From Azomonas macrocytogenes (GTDB lineage Bacteria; Pseudomonadota; Gammaproteobacteria; Pseudomonadales; Pseudomonadaceae): a DNA stretch of 32,000 nt. The notes under the pieces were generated by a model, which worked only from the letters and a program-made list of their open reading frames with translations, had not been told where the DNA came from and made no database searches. Shown here piece after piece: positions 17,331 through 25,228 of the stretch. How positions within the stretch are numbered: the stretch's first letter is position 1; each line of letters starts with the position of its first letter. Both the position numbers and the translations under genes were made by a program. The stretch lies in contig NZ_JACHXI010000019.1 of NCBI RefSeq assembly GCF_014191985.1, positions 1-32,000 of the forward strand, in the 5' to 3' direction.

Positions 17331-17402
17331 TACAAATCGCACGTCTATTTCTCGCTGGCGTCCGTCCTTTCCGGGCTTTTAGCGAGAATGCTCGATTCCC
17401 GT

Positions 17403-18422
17403 CTAATCCTGCTTTTGTGGTCCTTTCGACAACCAGAGGTTGAGCATCCGACCCGGTTCGGTATGGACTGCATGTGCTGGTCGTTTCGGCGAGCCCAGCA
17501 GGTTCCAGGGTAATCCCAGGGTCTGGATTTCGATCATCGGTGCGCGCAAATCGGTTGGCACCTGTGCGCCTGGACAGGCAGCAGGGTTGCTCTGCGCGCC
17601 GGTAACGGCCAGCAAGTGGGCTTGCGGTTGCTGCCACAGGGAGTAGGCGTCGCACCCCAGCAGCACTCTCAGCTTTCCCGCAGGCGTTGGCGATGAATCG
17701 GGGCGGAGTTCTTTCGGGGCGGAGCTATAGCGCTTTTCATAGCGGCTAAGAGAATATTTATAGGTCAGCGATGTCGGTTGGCCCCGGCTATCGAATACCA
17801 GTGAGATCTGCTGCAAAGGGCCATCGCCGATTTGCAATTGACCGTCGCGCAGTTTTGGCTCCGGCAGGACGATGGAACCGGCCACTAGAGTTACGCCATA
17901 TTCTTTCGCCAGATTGCCGAAAATCTCCTGGTAGGCTTCGGCCATTTCCCGGGCTTTGATACGTAAAACTGCTTCAGTACGCCGGTCGTCGCTCTGGTTG
18001 TCCAACTGGAATTGCAGGTAACGCCAGGGGTTGCTCATGGCCATCCAGTGCATGGCGTCGCGAAGGGTACGAGCCTGCTGGACTTCCGCTTTTTCGCCAA
18101 TGGCGAAGAGGCCGGTGCCGACATGTTCGGGCAGTACGACTATGGTTCGTTCGTTGAGAAACCCGGCATGGCGTGCCTGATCCAGATAAGTGGCGAATTT
18201 GAGATGCAGTCGTTCACGGCTTTGGTAATCTGCCGGTCGCAGGGGCGTCTCCAGCCCCAGTAGATTGCCGGAATTACCAGGCGGGCCTTCGGTTTGAATA
18301 GTGAGCGGGCGTAGATCGGACAGCAACGGACCACTGTGCCGTTTGCCGGTCCAGTCGAGGTAAACGATGAGAGCTATGATGCCGACAATTGCCAGCACCG
18401 TCAGTTTGAATAAAGTACGCAT
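17403..18422 (-). CDS. Membrane-anchored carbon-nitrogen hydrolase (nitrilase superfamily)-like protein
   Basis: 339 aa with an N-terminal signal-anchor helix (LFKLTVLAIVGIIALIVYL). Candidate Glu-Lys-Cys triad elements are IVVLPEHVG, TYKYSL and RVLLGCDAY. The assignment is from motif resemblance only. Confidence 0.55.
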   Translation of the reverse strand: MRTLFKLTVLAIVGIIALIVYLDWTGKRHSGPLLSDLRPLTIQTEGPPGNSGNLLGLETPLRPADYQSRERLHLKFATYLDQARHAGFLNERTIVVLPEHVGTGLFAIGEKAEVQQARTLRDAMHWMAMSNPWRYLQFQLDNQSDDRRTEAVLRIKAREMAEAYQEIFGNLAKEYGVTLVAGSIVLPEPKLRDGQLQIGDGPLQQISLVFDSRGQPTSLTYKYSLSRYEKRYSSAPKELRPDSSPTPAGKLRVLLGCDAYSLWQQPQAHLLAVTGAQSNPAACPGAQVPTDLRAPMIEIQTLGLPWNLLGSPKRPAHAVHTEPGRMLNLWLSKGPQKQD

Positions 18423-18543
18423 GAGTATCGATTGCTCGGAAACCCGCTCAGCCTAGGCAAATACACCGGCATTTGCCAGGCTGCTTGATTGTTTATGCAA
18501 ATCACTGATGTGTCCTGATCCGCGCGACACAGAATGGGCAAGT
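18423..18543. promoter_or_regulatory. Divergent promoter region with three GCAAAT/ATTTGC half-sites
   Basis: GGCAAAT (18456-18462), ATTTGCC (18471-18477, forming an inverted repeat with the first) and TGCAAAT (18496-18502) lie between two divergent genes. Confidence 0.3.
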
Positions 18544-19785
18544 ATGAAGAAAAGGTCGAAAATCGTGGAGGCGATACTGTTCTTCGATGAGGACGGTAGT
18601 ATCTGCAAGGAAATGTTTTATACAGAATTCGAGGCGATATTGGATGGTATCGTCAATCTTTCCGAGTTTGCCGATCGCCGGATACGTGCGGTTTTCGTTC
18701 TGATCGATCGTCGTTTGCTGGTGCATGCTGCCGTCTTCTTTCTCATCGATTTCCTGCCGGATGGTGCGGCAGACCCGCACTGGAATCTTCCGTTGCAAGC
18801 GTTGAGCGATCATGGTGAAAGCGGTCCCGATCTGGGCAACGGGCCGATTCGTCTCGCCAGCCACGAGCATTGCCCCATCGACGCGGTACGAATGAATCTA
18901 TGGGAGCCCACTGCCGGGCAGCCAAGCAAAAAGGATTGCTTTCAGACGATTTGCGAACATGTTCAGCGTAATCAACTGGGCCTGTTGGTCGAGGAGACTA
19001 CGGCATATAAGCCTTTTTCCACGGGTTCGGCAGAGAGCGATGGCTGGCAAGCTTCTTCGCCGATGAATTCGTATCTCGAAGCCCGGCAAGAATTGGCTCT
19101 GTTGGAAAAAAAACATGAAGAGCAGTGCCAACAGCTGGATGAAGAAATTATTCGTTTGCAACATGAGTTATCCCAGCAGAAGCAATTCAGCACGCGTCTC
19201 GAAGTGCGTTTGCAAGAGCAGCAGAAGAGCACCGAGCAGGCCCGCGAAGAAGCGAGTAGGCAAATGTTCCAATTGGAGCAAAGCGGCCAGGCTAGAGCGA
19301 ACGAGGCTTGTGCCCGGCTTACCCTGGAATGGCAACTGCGGCTGGATAATGCCGAGGCCCGGCATCGCAAACAGGTTCGTGCTCTGGAAGAGCGCCTGCA
19401 GACCTTGAGCGACACATGCAGGGAGTTTGCCCAGCAGCACGAACATAGCGCAGAGGTTTTACAACGGCTTGCCGAAATGGGGATGACCTTCAGCGTTTAT
19501 CATCCTGGAGCCGGGCAATTGACCATTTCCCTGGAGGATATGGCGCGATATCAGGAAAACCCCCAGGCGTATGCAGCCGAAAAATGCGCGGTTTCTGAAG
19601 AAATTTATCGACGCTGGCTTGATCACTATATGAATCCGGTGTGCCAGGCCAGCATGCTGAACGGCCAACGTTGTTCGATTCCCATCGACCGCGAAGAGTT
19701 GCCGCAGCGCTTCCTGCCCGGGATTTCCGACTGCTGCGTGCGCCACAAGAGCGAGCGCCTCTCGCGCCGGGCCGGTAGCCGGTAA
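18544..19785 (+). CDS. Hypothetical protein: N-terminal globular domain, central coiled coil, Cys-rich C-terminal domain
   Basis: 413 aa from ATG 18544 (maximal ORF from 18508). It has a long heptad-like E/Q/K/R/L-rich segment (about LEARQELALLEKKHEEQCQQLDEEIIRLQHEL ... ALEERLQTL) and a C-terminal C-x10-C-x19-CC cluster (CQASMLNGQRC ... SDCCVRHK). No family was recognised. Confidence 0.6.
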   Translation: MKKRSKIVEAILFFDEDGSICKEMFYTEFEAILDGIVNLSEFADRRIRAVFVLIDRRLLVHAAVFFLIDFLPDGAADPHWNLPLQALSDHGESGPDLGNGPIRLASHEHCPIDAVRMNLWEPTAGQPSKKDCFQTICEHVQRNQLGLLVEETTAYKPFSTGSAESDGWQASSPMNSYLEARQELALLEKKHEEQCQQLDEEIIRLQHELSQQKQFSTRLEVRLQEQQKSTEQAREEASRQMFQLEQSGQARANEACARLTLEWQLRLDNAEARHRKQVRALEERLQTLSDTCREFAQQHEHSAEVLQRLAEMGMTFSVYHPGAGQLTISLEDMARYQENPQAYAAEKCAVSEEIYRRWLDHYMNPVCQASMLNGQRCSIPIDREELPQRFLPGISDCCVRHKSERLSRRAGSR

Positions 19786-19793
19786 TCTTGCTC

Positions 19794-20729
19794 ATGGATG
19801 AGCTATACCCTGACGTTTCGGCAATTCCCTTGCAACCACTACGACTGGACTGGCTCGACAGCCGCGGAGTCGAAGTGGCCGTTCTGCGCCTCGATCTGAT
19901 CGACCCGCTATTGTCGGGCAACAAGTGGTTCAAGTTGTCAGGGCATCTCGCTGCTGCCAGGGAAGCCGGCGCCATTGGCTTGATCAGTGTGGGTGGAGCG
20001 CATTCCAATCATCTGCATGCCATGGCGGCTGCGGGAAATCGGTTCGGGATGGCCTCGGCCGGCTTGCTCCGGGGAAACGCGCAAAGCACACCGACTGTTC
20101 AGGATTTGCGCCGCTTTGGCATGCACCTGCACTGGCTGGGCTATGCTGGCTATCGGGCCCGTTATCGGACGGATTTCTGGGATTGCTGGCGGGCGCGTTA
20201 TCCAGGCTATTACTGTGTGCCGGAAGGCGGTGGTGGACTTGTCGGAGCATTGGGGTGTGCGCCGTTGGTCGAGCAAGTCCAAGCACTGCTGCCAGGTATC
20301 GGTTGGTCGGATTATGACGCCTGGTGGCTGGCAGCCGGGACGGGAAGCACCCTGACGGGGCTGGTAATCGGCGAGGCCGGACGGCATCAGGTGCTCGGCG
20401 CACTGGCCGGCCCGGGCCAGCATGCGATCGGCCGGCAGATCGAGCTTCTGCTGAACGAGGCTGGCATGGCTGCCGAGAGGGGATACCAGATATTCGACGC
20501 CTGTCGCGGTGGATTCGGTCGTATCGATGACGAGCTGGGCCGCTTTCTGCTTGAAGCGGAGCAGGCTGCAGGCCTGCCGCTGGAGCCGATCTACACTGCC
20601 AAGGCTTTGCTGGCCTTGCAGCAGCAGGTGCTGGCCGGTTGTTTTCCTGCCGGAACCCGCTTGCTCTTCGTCCATACCGGTGGGTTGCAAGGGCGCCGTG
20701 CGGCGCTGACTCAAATGCAGCGCTTGTAA
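19794..20729 (+). CDS. PLP-dependent enzyme of the ACC deaminase / D-cysteine desulfhydrase family
   Basis: 311 aa from ATG 19794 (TTG 19788 is possible). It has the PLP-lysine motif SGNKWFKL (compare GGNKxRKL), plus GGAHSNHLHA, VPEGGGG, AAGTGST, YTAKA and VHTGG. It starts 3-9 nt after the upstream gene's stop. Confidence 0.8.
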   Translation: MDELYPDVSAIPLQPLRLDWLDSRGVEVAVLRLDLIDPLLSGNKWFKLSGHLAAAREAGAIGLISVGGAHSNHLHAMAAAGNRFGMASAGLLRGNAQSTPTVQDLRRFGMHLHWLGYAGYRARYRTDFWDCWRARYPGYYCVPEGGGGLVGALGCAPLVEQVQALLPGIGWSDYDAWWLAAGTGSTLTGLVIGEAGRHQVLGALAGPGQHAIGRQIELLLNEAGMAAERGYQIFDACRGGFGRIDDELGRFLLEAEQAAGLPLEPIYTAKALLALQQQVLAGCFPAGTRLLFVHTGGLQGRRAALTQMQRL

Positions 20730-20743
20730 GACTTGATTCCACT

Positions 20744-21676
20744 TCAGCGGTTTGGCCATTTATCGGAAACCAGAAAAAGCCGCCCGTCTTCTTTCCAGGT
20801 TCCATCACCCGCCGGCTCCATGCGTGCCAGCAGTTGCGCTGGTGCATCGAGTGCGAGTTGTTCCAGCCACTGCTCGAACACTGCCTGTTCCGGCAATTCG
20901 TCTTTTTTCAGCCTGGCGGGAGCCAACCAGGCATGACGGGAGAGGGGATACCAGAGTAAATCAGGATGACTGGCGCTGAAGCATGGCCATTGTGCGCGGC
21001 GTAGCCAGCGTGCACGTGCCGAGACTGGTTCTACTTCTACCGGGGCTGGTGGGGTTGGGCAAGCCTGGGGCCACGGTTCGAATAGGTAGCCGCTCATCCA
21101 GAAGTTGCTGCAAGTTTTTTCTATACCGAGTGTTGCCAGCACGGCAATGGCTTCGGGTCGGGAGGAGAGGAGCAACTGGTGCCGATAGAGCCGCTCCAGT
21201 TTCTGATCGAGCCTATCGGCGCTACCTGGTCCGACCCAGTTGCCATGCCGAAAAGCATTTTCGGCATTCAGGCCGAGATAGAATTTCACAGCCAGTTCAA
21301 GATGATGGACGCCGCTCGCATCGCGTAGCAAGAGATCGAATTCGCCGAGGGTGCGGCCGTTGTCACGGATCGGCAGGTTGGCGGCAAGCAGATCGATATC
21401 GGGTGCCTGGTGCAAGGCAAATTGCCAAAGCTGCTCATAGTAGATGCCCAGCCGTCGGCTGGAACCTCGTGCAAGCCAGCCCTGCAGGTTTTGGGGTATA
21501 TCTTCCTGATGCAGCAGCCAGTCGGCGAGCGAGCCAGGCGAGTGTTGCCAACGGCTGGCGGCCAGGGGATGCCGTTGCCCCGGGCAAGAAGCAGGTAGCA
21601 GGGAGGGTGCGAGCAGCGCCCAGGCCAGATCGCGTACTGCAGGATGGCGTAGACGGGTGAAGAGATCCGGATCCAT
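20744..21676 (-). CDS. DUF1853-family protein (predicted PD-(D/E)XK-like fold)
   Basis: 310 aa from ATG 21676 (MDPDLFTRLRHPAVRDLAWAL). It carries GEFDLLLRD ... HLELAVKFYLG, a nuclease-fold-like D...E..K pattern. It is divergent from nadK, as I recall for Pseudomonas. Confidence 0.65.
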   Translation of the reverse strand: MDPDLFTRLRHPAVRDLAWALLAPSLLPASCPGQRHPLAASRWQHSPGSLADWLLHQEDIPQNLQGWLARGSSRRLGIYYEQLWQFALHQAPDIDLLAANLPIRDNGRTLGEFDLLLRDASGVHHLELAVKFYLGLNAENAFRHGNWVGPGSADRLDQKLERLYRHQLLLSSRPEAIAVLATLGIEKTCSNFWMSGYLFEPWPQACPTPPAPVEVEPVSARARWLRRAQWPCFSASHPDLLWYPLSRHAWLAPARLKKDELPEQAVFEQWLEQLALDAPAQLLARMEPAGDGTWKEDGRLFLVSDKWPNR

Positions 21677-21766
21677 CGGCAGAGCATAGTCGAGACGGGT
21701 TTGCCGTGGGCTTCGGCCTTCGCCCATAATCCATTCAACATCGGCCTATACCGTTTGAGATATCCA

Positions 21767-22654
21767 ATGGAGCAATTCCGCAACATCGGCATCATCGGTC
21801 GCCTGGGAAGTGTCCAGGTGCTGGATACCATTCGCCGGCTGAAAAAGTTTCTGCTGGGGCGCCACCTGAATGTAATTCTGGACGAAACCATCGCTGAGCT
21901 CCTACCCGGACATGGCATGCAGATATCTTCTCGCAATAGCCTGGGTGAAACCTGCGATCTGGTGATCGTCGTCGGGGGGGATGGCAGCCTGCTCGGTGCG
22001 GCCCGGGCGATGGCCCGCTACCGGGTGCCGGTTCTGGGCATCAACCGGGGGAGTCTGGGGTTTCTCACCGATATCCGGCCAGACGAACTGGAAAAGCGCG
22101 TCGGCGAGGTATTGGATGGCCAGTACACCATGGAGAACCGCTTCCTGCTCGAAGCCCAGGCCAAGCGCAGGAACGAGCCGGTCGGTGAAAGCGATGCCCT
22201 CAACGATGTGGTCCTGCACCCGGGCAAATCGACTCGCATGATCGAGTTCGAGCTGTTCATCGATGGGCAGTTCGTCTACAGCCAGAAATCCGACGGCTTG
22301 ATCATTGCCACGCCGACCGGCTCGACGGCCTATGCGCTGTCTGCCGGCGGGCCGATCATGCAGCCCAAGCTGGATGCAGTGGTCATCGTGCCGATGCACC
22401 CGCATACCTTGTCCAGCCGTCCGATTGTGGTGAATGGCAACAGCGAACTGAAGATCGTCGTTTCCTCGAATCTGCAGATCTATCCGCAGATTTCCTGCGA
22501 TGGCCAGAATCATTTCACCTGTGCTCCCGGGGATACCATCACCATCCGCAAGAAGTCCCAGCGGCTGAATCTGATTCACCCGCTGGATTACAACTATTAC
22601 GAGGTCTGTCGGACCAAGCTGGGCTGGGGTAGCCGTCTTGGCGGAGGCGACTGA
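21767..22654 (+). CDS. nadK: NAD(+) kinase
   Basis: 295 aa from ATG 21767 (MEQFRNIGIIGRLGS). Motifs are GGDGSLL, NRGSLGFLT and ATPTGSTAYALSAGGPI, with C-terminal CRTKLGWGSRLGGGD. It closely resembles Pseudomonas NadK as I recall it. Confidence 0.95.
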   Translation: MEQFRNIGIIGRLGSVQVLDTIRRLKKFLLGRHLNVILDETIAELLPGHGMQISSRNSLGETCDLVIVVGGDGSLLGAARAMARYRVPVLGINRGSLGFLTDIRPDELEKRVGEVLDGQYTMENRFLLEAQAKRRNEPVGESDALNDVVLHPGKSTRMIEFELFIDGQFVYSQKSDGLIIATPTGSTAYALSAGGPIMQPKLDAVVIVPMHPHTLSSRPIVVNGNSELKIVVSSNLQIYPQISCDGQNHFTCAPGDTITIRKKSQRLNLIHPLDYNYYEVCRTKLGWGSRLGGGD

Positions 22655-23623
22655 ATGCAGGTCGATCCGGAACGTAGCTATGATCTGATTGGCGATGTGC
22701 ACGGTTGTGCCAGGACCCTAACGTATCTGCTGGATTTGCTGGGCTACCGCTACCGGAAAGGTGTCTGGCGCCACAAACGGCGACAAGTGATTTTCCTCGG
22801 CGACATTATCGATCGCGGCTCGCATATCCGCGAAGCGTTGCATTTGGTGCACGACATGGTCGAGGCTGGACAGGCCCATTGCATCATGGGCAACCACGAA
22901 TACAGCGCCATGGGTTGGTATACCGCGGCACCACCGGGCAGTGGCAAGCAGTTTGTGCGTGAGCATTCGCCGCGTTTCACCAAGCTGCTGCGCGAGACGC
23001 TGTTGCAGTTCGACAAATATCCGCAAGAGTGGCAGGCGTTTCGCCAATGGTTCTACGAGCTACCGCTCTATCTGGATGCCGGGCGTTTTCGTGTCGTGCA
23101 TGCCTGCTGGGACAGCCAGGTTATCGCCCAATTGGCGCCACGCCTCAACCAGGGGTGTATCGATGTGCAATTGCTGCGCGAGTCGGCAATCGATAGCAGT
23201 TTCGCCAATCTGGCCCTGAACCGCCTGCTGCGTGGCACCGACATGCCACTGCCGGACGGGATAACTCTCGTCAGTGACGAAGGCTTCGTGCGTACGGTGT
23301 TTCGTACCAAATTCTGGGAAGAAAACCCGCAAACCTACGGCGATGTAGTGTTCCAGCCCAAGGGGCTGCCGGAACCGATAGCGCAGCTTCTGCTGAACGA
23401 TCACCAGCGGCAACGGCTGTTTCTCTATGGCCCGGACGAGCCGATGCTGTTTGTTGGGCACTACTGGTGCAGCGGTTCTCCGGGCCCGATCCGGCATAAC
23501 CTGGCTTGTCTTGACTACAGTGCGGTAAAAGGCGGCAAGTTGGTTGCCTATCGGCTTGATCAAGAAAAACAGCTGAACCCGGCCCATTTCGTCTGGGTCG
23601 ATGTCGAGCGCAAAGAGGAATGA
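22655..23623 (+). CDS. PPP-family metallophosphoesterase (ApaH/PrpE-like Ser/Thr phosphatase or diadenosine tetraphosphatase)
   Basis: 322 aa with the motifs GDVHGC, GDIIDRG and GNHE. The ATG immediately follows the nadK stop (TGAATG). Confidence 0.85.
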   Translation: MQVDPERSYDLIGDVHGCARTLTYLLDLLGYRYRKGVWRHKRRQVIFLGDIIDRGSHIREALHLVHDMVEAGQAHCIMGNHEYSAMGWYTAAPPGSGKQFVREHSPRFTKLLRETLLQFDKYPQEWQAFRQWFYELPLYLDAGRFRVVHACWDSQVIAQLAPRLNQGCIDVQLLRESAIDSSFANLALNRLLRGTDMPLPDGITLVSDEGFVRTVFRTKFWEENPQTYGDVVFQPKGLPEPIAQLLLNDHQRQRLFLYGPDEPMLFVGHYWCSGSPGPIRHNLACLDYSAVKGGKLVAYRLDQEKQLNPAHFVWVDVERKEE

Positions 23624-24504
23624 GTGTGACCCTGACCGAAGCCTTGCGTTTGCCGTTGTCCGAAGATCTGAGCGGTTTCCTTGCCATGCTGCAGGGCATG
23701 GGCGTGCCTTGCCGGGTTTCCGAGGAATCCGATGAGCAGGTTGTGCGCGTCCCCGCTGAGGTGATCGGGCAGGTGCGCGAGCTATACAGGCTTTATCCTC
23801 AAGGCCAAAACATTCCCGAGACTTTCATGGCTGTGCCGCCGCAGAGCAGCAGTGCAGGCTTGCGTTCCAGCCTGCGTGCTACGCCATTCACGGTCGGCGT
23901 CTTGCTGGTGACGCTGTTCTCGGCTGTCATTACCGGGCTCGGGGATAACCTGGAAATCATCCGTTGGCTGAATTTCGTCGACTTTCGAATTCAGGGCGGC
24001 TACGTCTATTTCAGCTCGCTTGCCCAGACCCTGGAGGCCGGGCAATGGTGGCGCTTGATCACGCCAGCCTTTGTCCATTTCGGCTTTTTGCACCTGGCCA
24101 TGAACAGCCTTTGGTACTGGGAGCTGGGGCGCCGCATCGAGTCCCGCCAGGGGCGCTGGATGCTGCTCGGGTTGACCCTCGTGTTCGGCGTGATAGCCAA
24201 TTTCGCCCAATATCTGTTCGGCAGCCCAGGCATCTTCGGTGGCCTGTCCGGCGTACTCTACGGCTTGCTGGGACATTGCTGGCTGTTCCAGAAGCTGGCG
24301 CCGAATTCGACGTATCGTCTGCCACCTGGCGTGGTGGGGTTGATGCTGGCCTGGCTGCTGATTTGCCTGAGCGGCATTATCACTGTGGTCAGCCTCGGTG
24401 CCATGGCTATTGCCAATGCGGCGCATGTCGGTGGCTTGGCGGCTGGGTGTCTTACCGGCGTCATCGGCGGTTTGTTAGCGCGCAAGAGCAGGCATGAAGG
24501 ATAA
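23620..24504 (+). CDS. Rhomboid-family intramembrane serine protease (GlpG-like)
   Basis: 294 aa with an N-terminal cytoplasmic domain and 6 TM segments. The catalytic Ser motif is GGLSGVLYG (GxSG) and the catalytic His is in AAHVGGLAAG. The start overlaps the upstream stop (ATGA). Confidence 0.85.
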   Translation: MSVTLTEALRLPLSEDLSGFLAMLQGMGVPCRVSEESDEQVVRVPAEVIGQVRELYRLYPQGQNIPETFMAVPPQSSSAGLRSSLRATPFTVGVLLVTLFSAVITGLGDNLEIIRWLNFVDFRIQGGYVYFSSLAQTLEAGQWWRLITPAFVHFGFLHLAMNSLWYWELGRRIESRQGRWMLLGLTLVFGVIANFAQYLFGSPGIFGGLSGVLYGLLGHCWLFQKLAPNSTYRLPPGVVGLMLAWLLICLSGIITVVSLGAMAIANAAHVGGLAAGCLTGVIGGLLARKSRHEG

Positions 24505-24565
24505 GACTGCCTTCCTTTTCTTCTCTAGTCTAGAATGATTCTCAACTAACCGAGGAGTCTGGCCA

Positions 24566-24832
24566 ATGCTGTCATTTATCGATGCGATCGAGAACATCAC
24601 CCCCGAGATCTACCGGAACCTCAAACAAGCCGTCGAGCTGGGCAAGTGGGACGACGGACGCCGGCTGACGCCTGAGCAGAAGGAGCTATGCCTGCAGGCG
24701 ATGATCGCCTGGGAGGCAAAAAACCTGCCTGAAGAGGAGCGTACCGGCTATATGGGTACGCAAAAATGTGCATCCAAATCAAAAACGGCTCCCAATCTGC
24801 TGTTTACCAATCCTTCCGAAACCCGCCACTGA
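24566..24832 (+). CDS. YeaC-like DUF1315 family protein
   Basis: 88 aa containing [40 protein letters not shown], typical of DUF1315 as I recall it. SD GAGGAG lies 8 nt upstream. Confidence 0.75.
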   Translation: MLSFIDAIENITPEIYRNLKQAVELGKWDDGRRLTPEQKELCLQAMIAWEAKNLPEEERTGYMGTQKCASKSKTAPNLLFTNPSETRH

Positions 24833-25121
24833 ATGCTGGAGCTGGGACACGGCGTGCTGGCCAAGATGGCGGCGCGCCTGGATTCACCGGTGCAGTACGC
24901 CTTGCGTCTGGGCGGTAGTGAGGTACCGCTCAATGCGCTGCTGGGCAAGACCCTACGTCTGGAATATCTGGGAGCGATTCATTAGCCTGGCTTTCGAAAA
25001 AACGCCCGTGGTGGAAGGTTCTCTCCTGGGCATCAAGGGTCAGTATCTGCTTTTGGATACGGGTGTGATCAATATCCGCAAGTACACGGGCTATCAGGTG
25101 GTGGCCAACTGCGTGCCTTGA
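24833..25121 (+). pseudogene. Remnant of a DUF2797-family gene with a large internal deletion and frame change
   Basis: A 50-codon N-terminal piece (24833-24985, [22 protein letters not shown]...[10 protein letters not shown], stop TAG) starts right after the yeaC-like stop. A C-terminal piece in another frame (about 24990-25121) reads [33 protein letters not shown]. Intact homologs are about 270 aa with a Cys-rich middle, which is absent here. Confidence 0.55.
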
Positions 25122-25228
25122 CGGCATCGCGAACCTTTATCGCCAGTGCAAACTCTACGATTTCAGGCTTGCAACTTGGTGCTCGCAGCCTAAAGCTTAT
25201 GACTTGAAGCTTATGTCGAGAGATCCCC

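Noticed and set aside
17059-17382. 107-aa ORF in the AT-rich spacer after hpnN.
   Set aside because: It has no SD, a basic and irregular composition, and no recognisable domain. It overlaps the better-supported (still speculative) 28-codon ORF in another frame and is probably a chance ORF in AT-rich DNA.
21701-21766. N-terminal extensions offered by maximal ORFs: nadK from 21701, hpnJ from 4699, hpnG from 13169, the di-iron ORF from 8086, DUF1853 from 21727 and hpnH from 2663.
   Set aside because: The extensions overlap upstream genes or lack similarity to the family N-termini. Internal starts match known N-termini (e.g. MEQFRNIGIIGRLGS for NadK), have better SD sequences, or both.
21973-21979. 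G7 run inside nadK.
   Set aside because: It simply encodes the conserved GGDG motif (gtc ggg ggg gat ggc) in an essential gene and is unlikely to be a contingency locus.
24768-25121. 117-aa ORF from the ORF track treated as an intact gene.
   Set aside because: Its first 65 nt (about 21 codons) overlap the end of the yeaC-like gene, and its N-terminal two-thirds look like out-of-frame read-through. Only the last 45 residues or so carry the DUF2797-like C-terminal motif. It is interpreted as part of a pseudogene.
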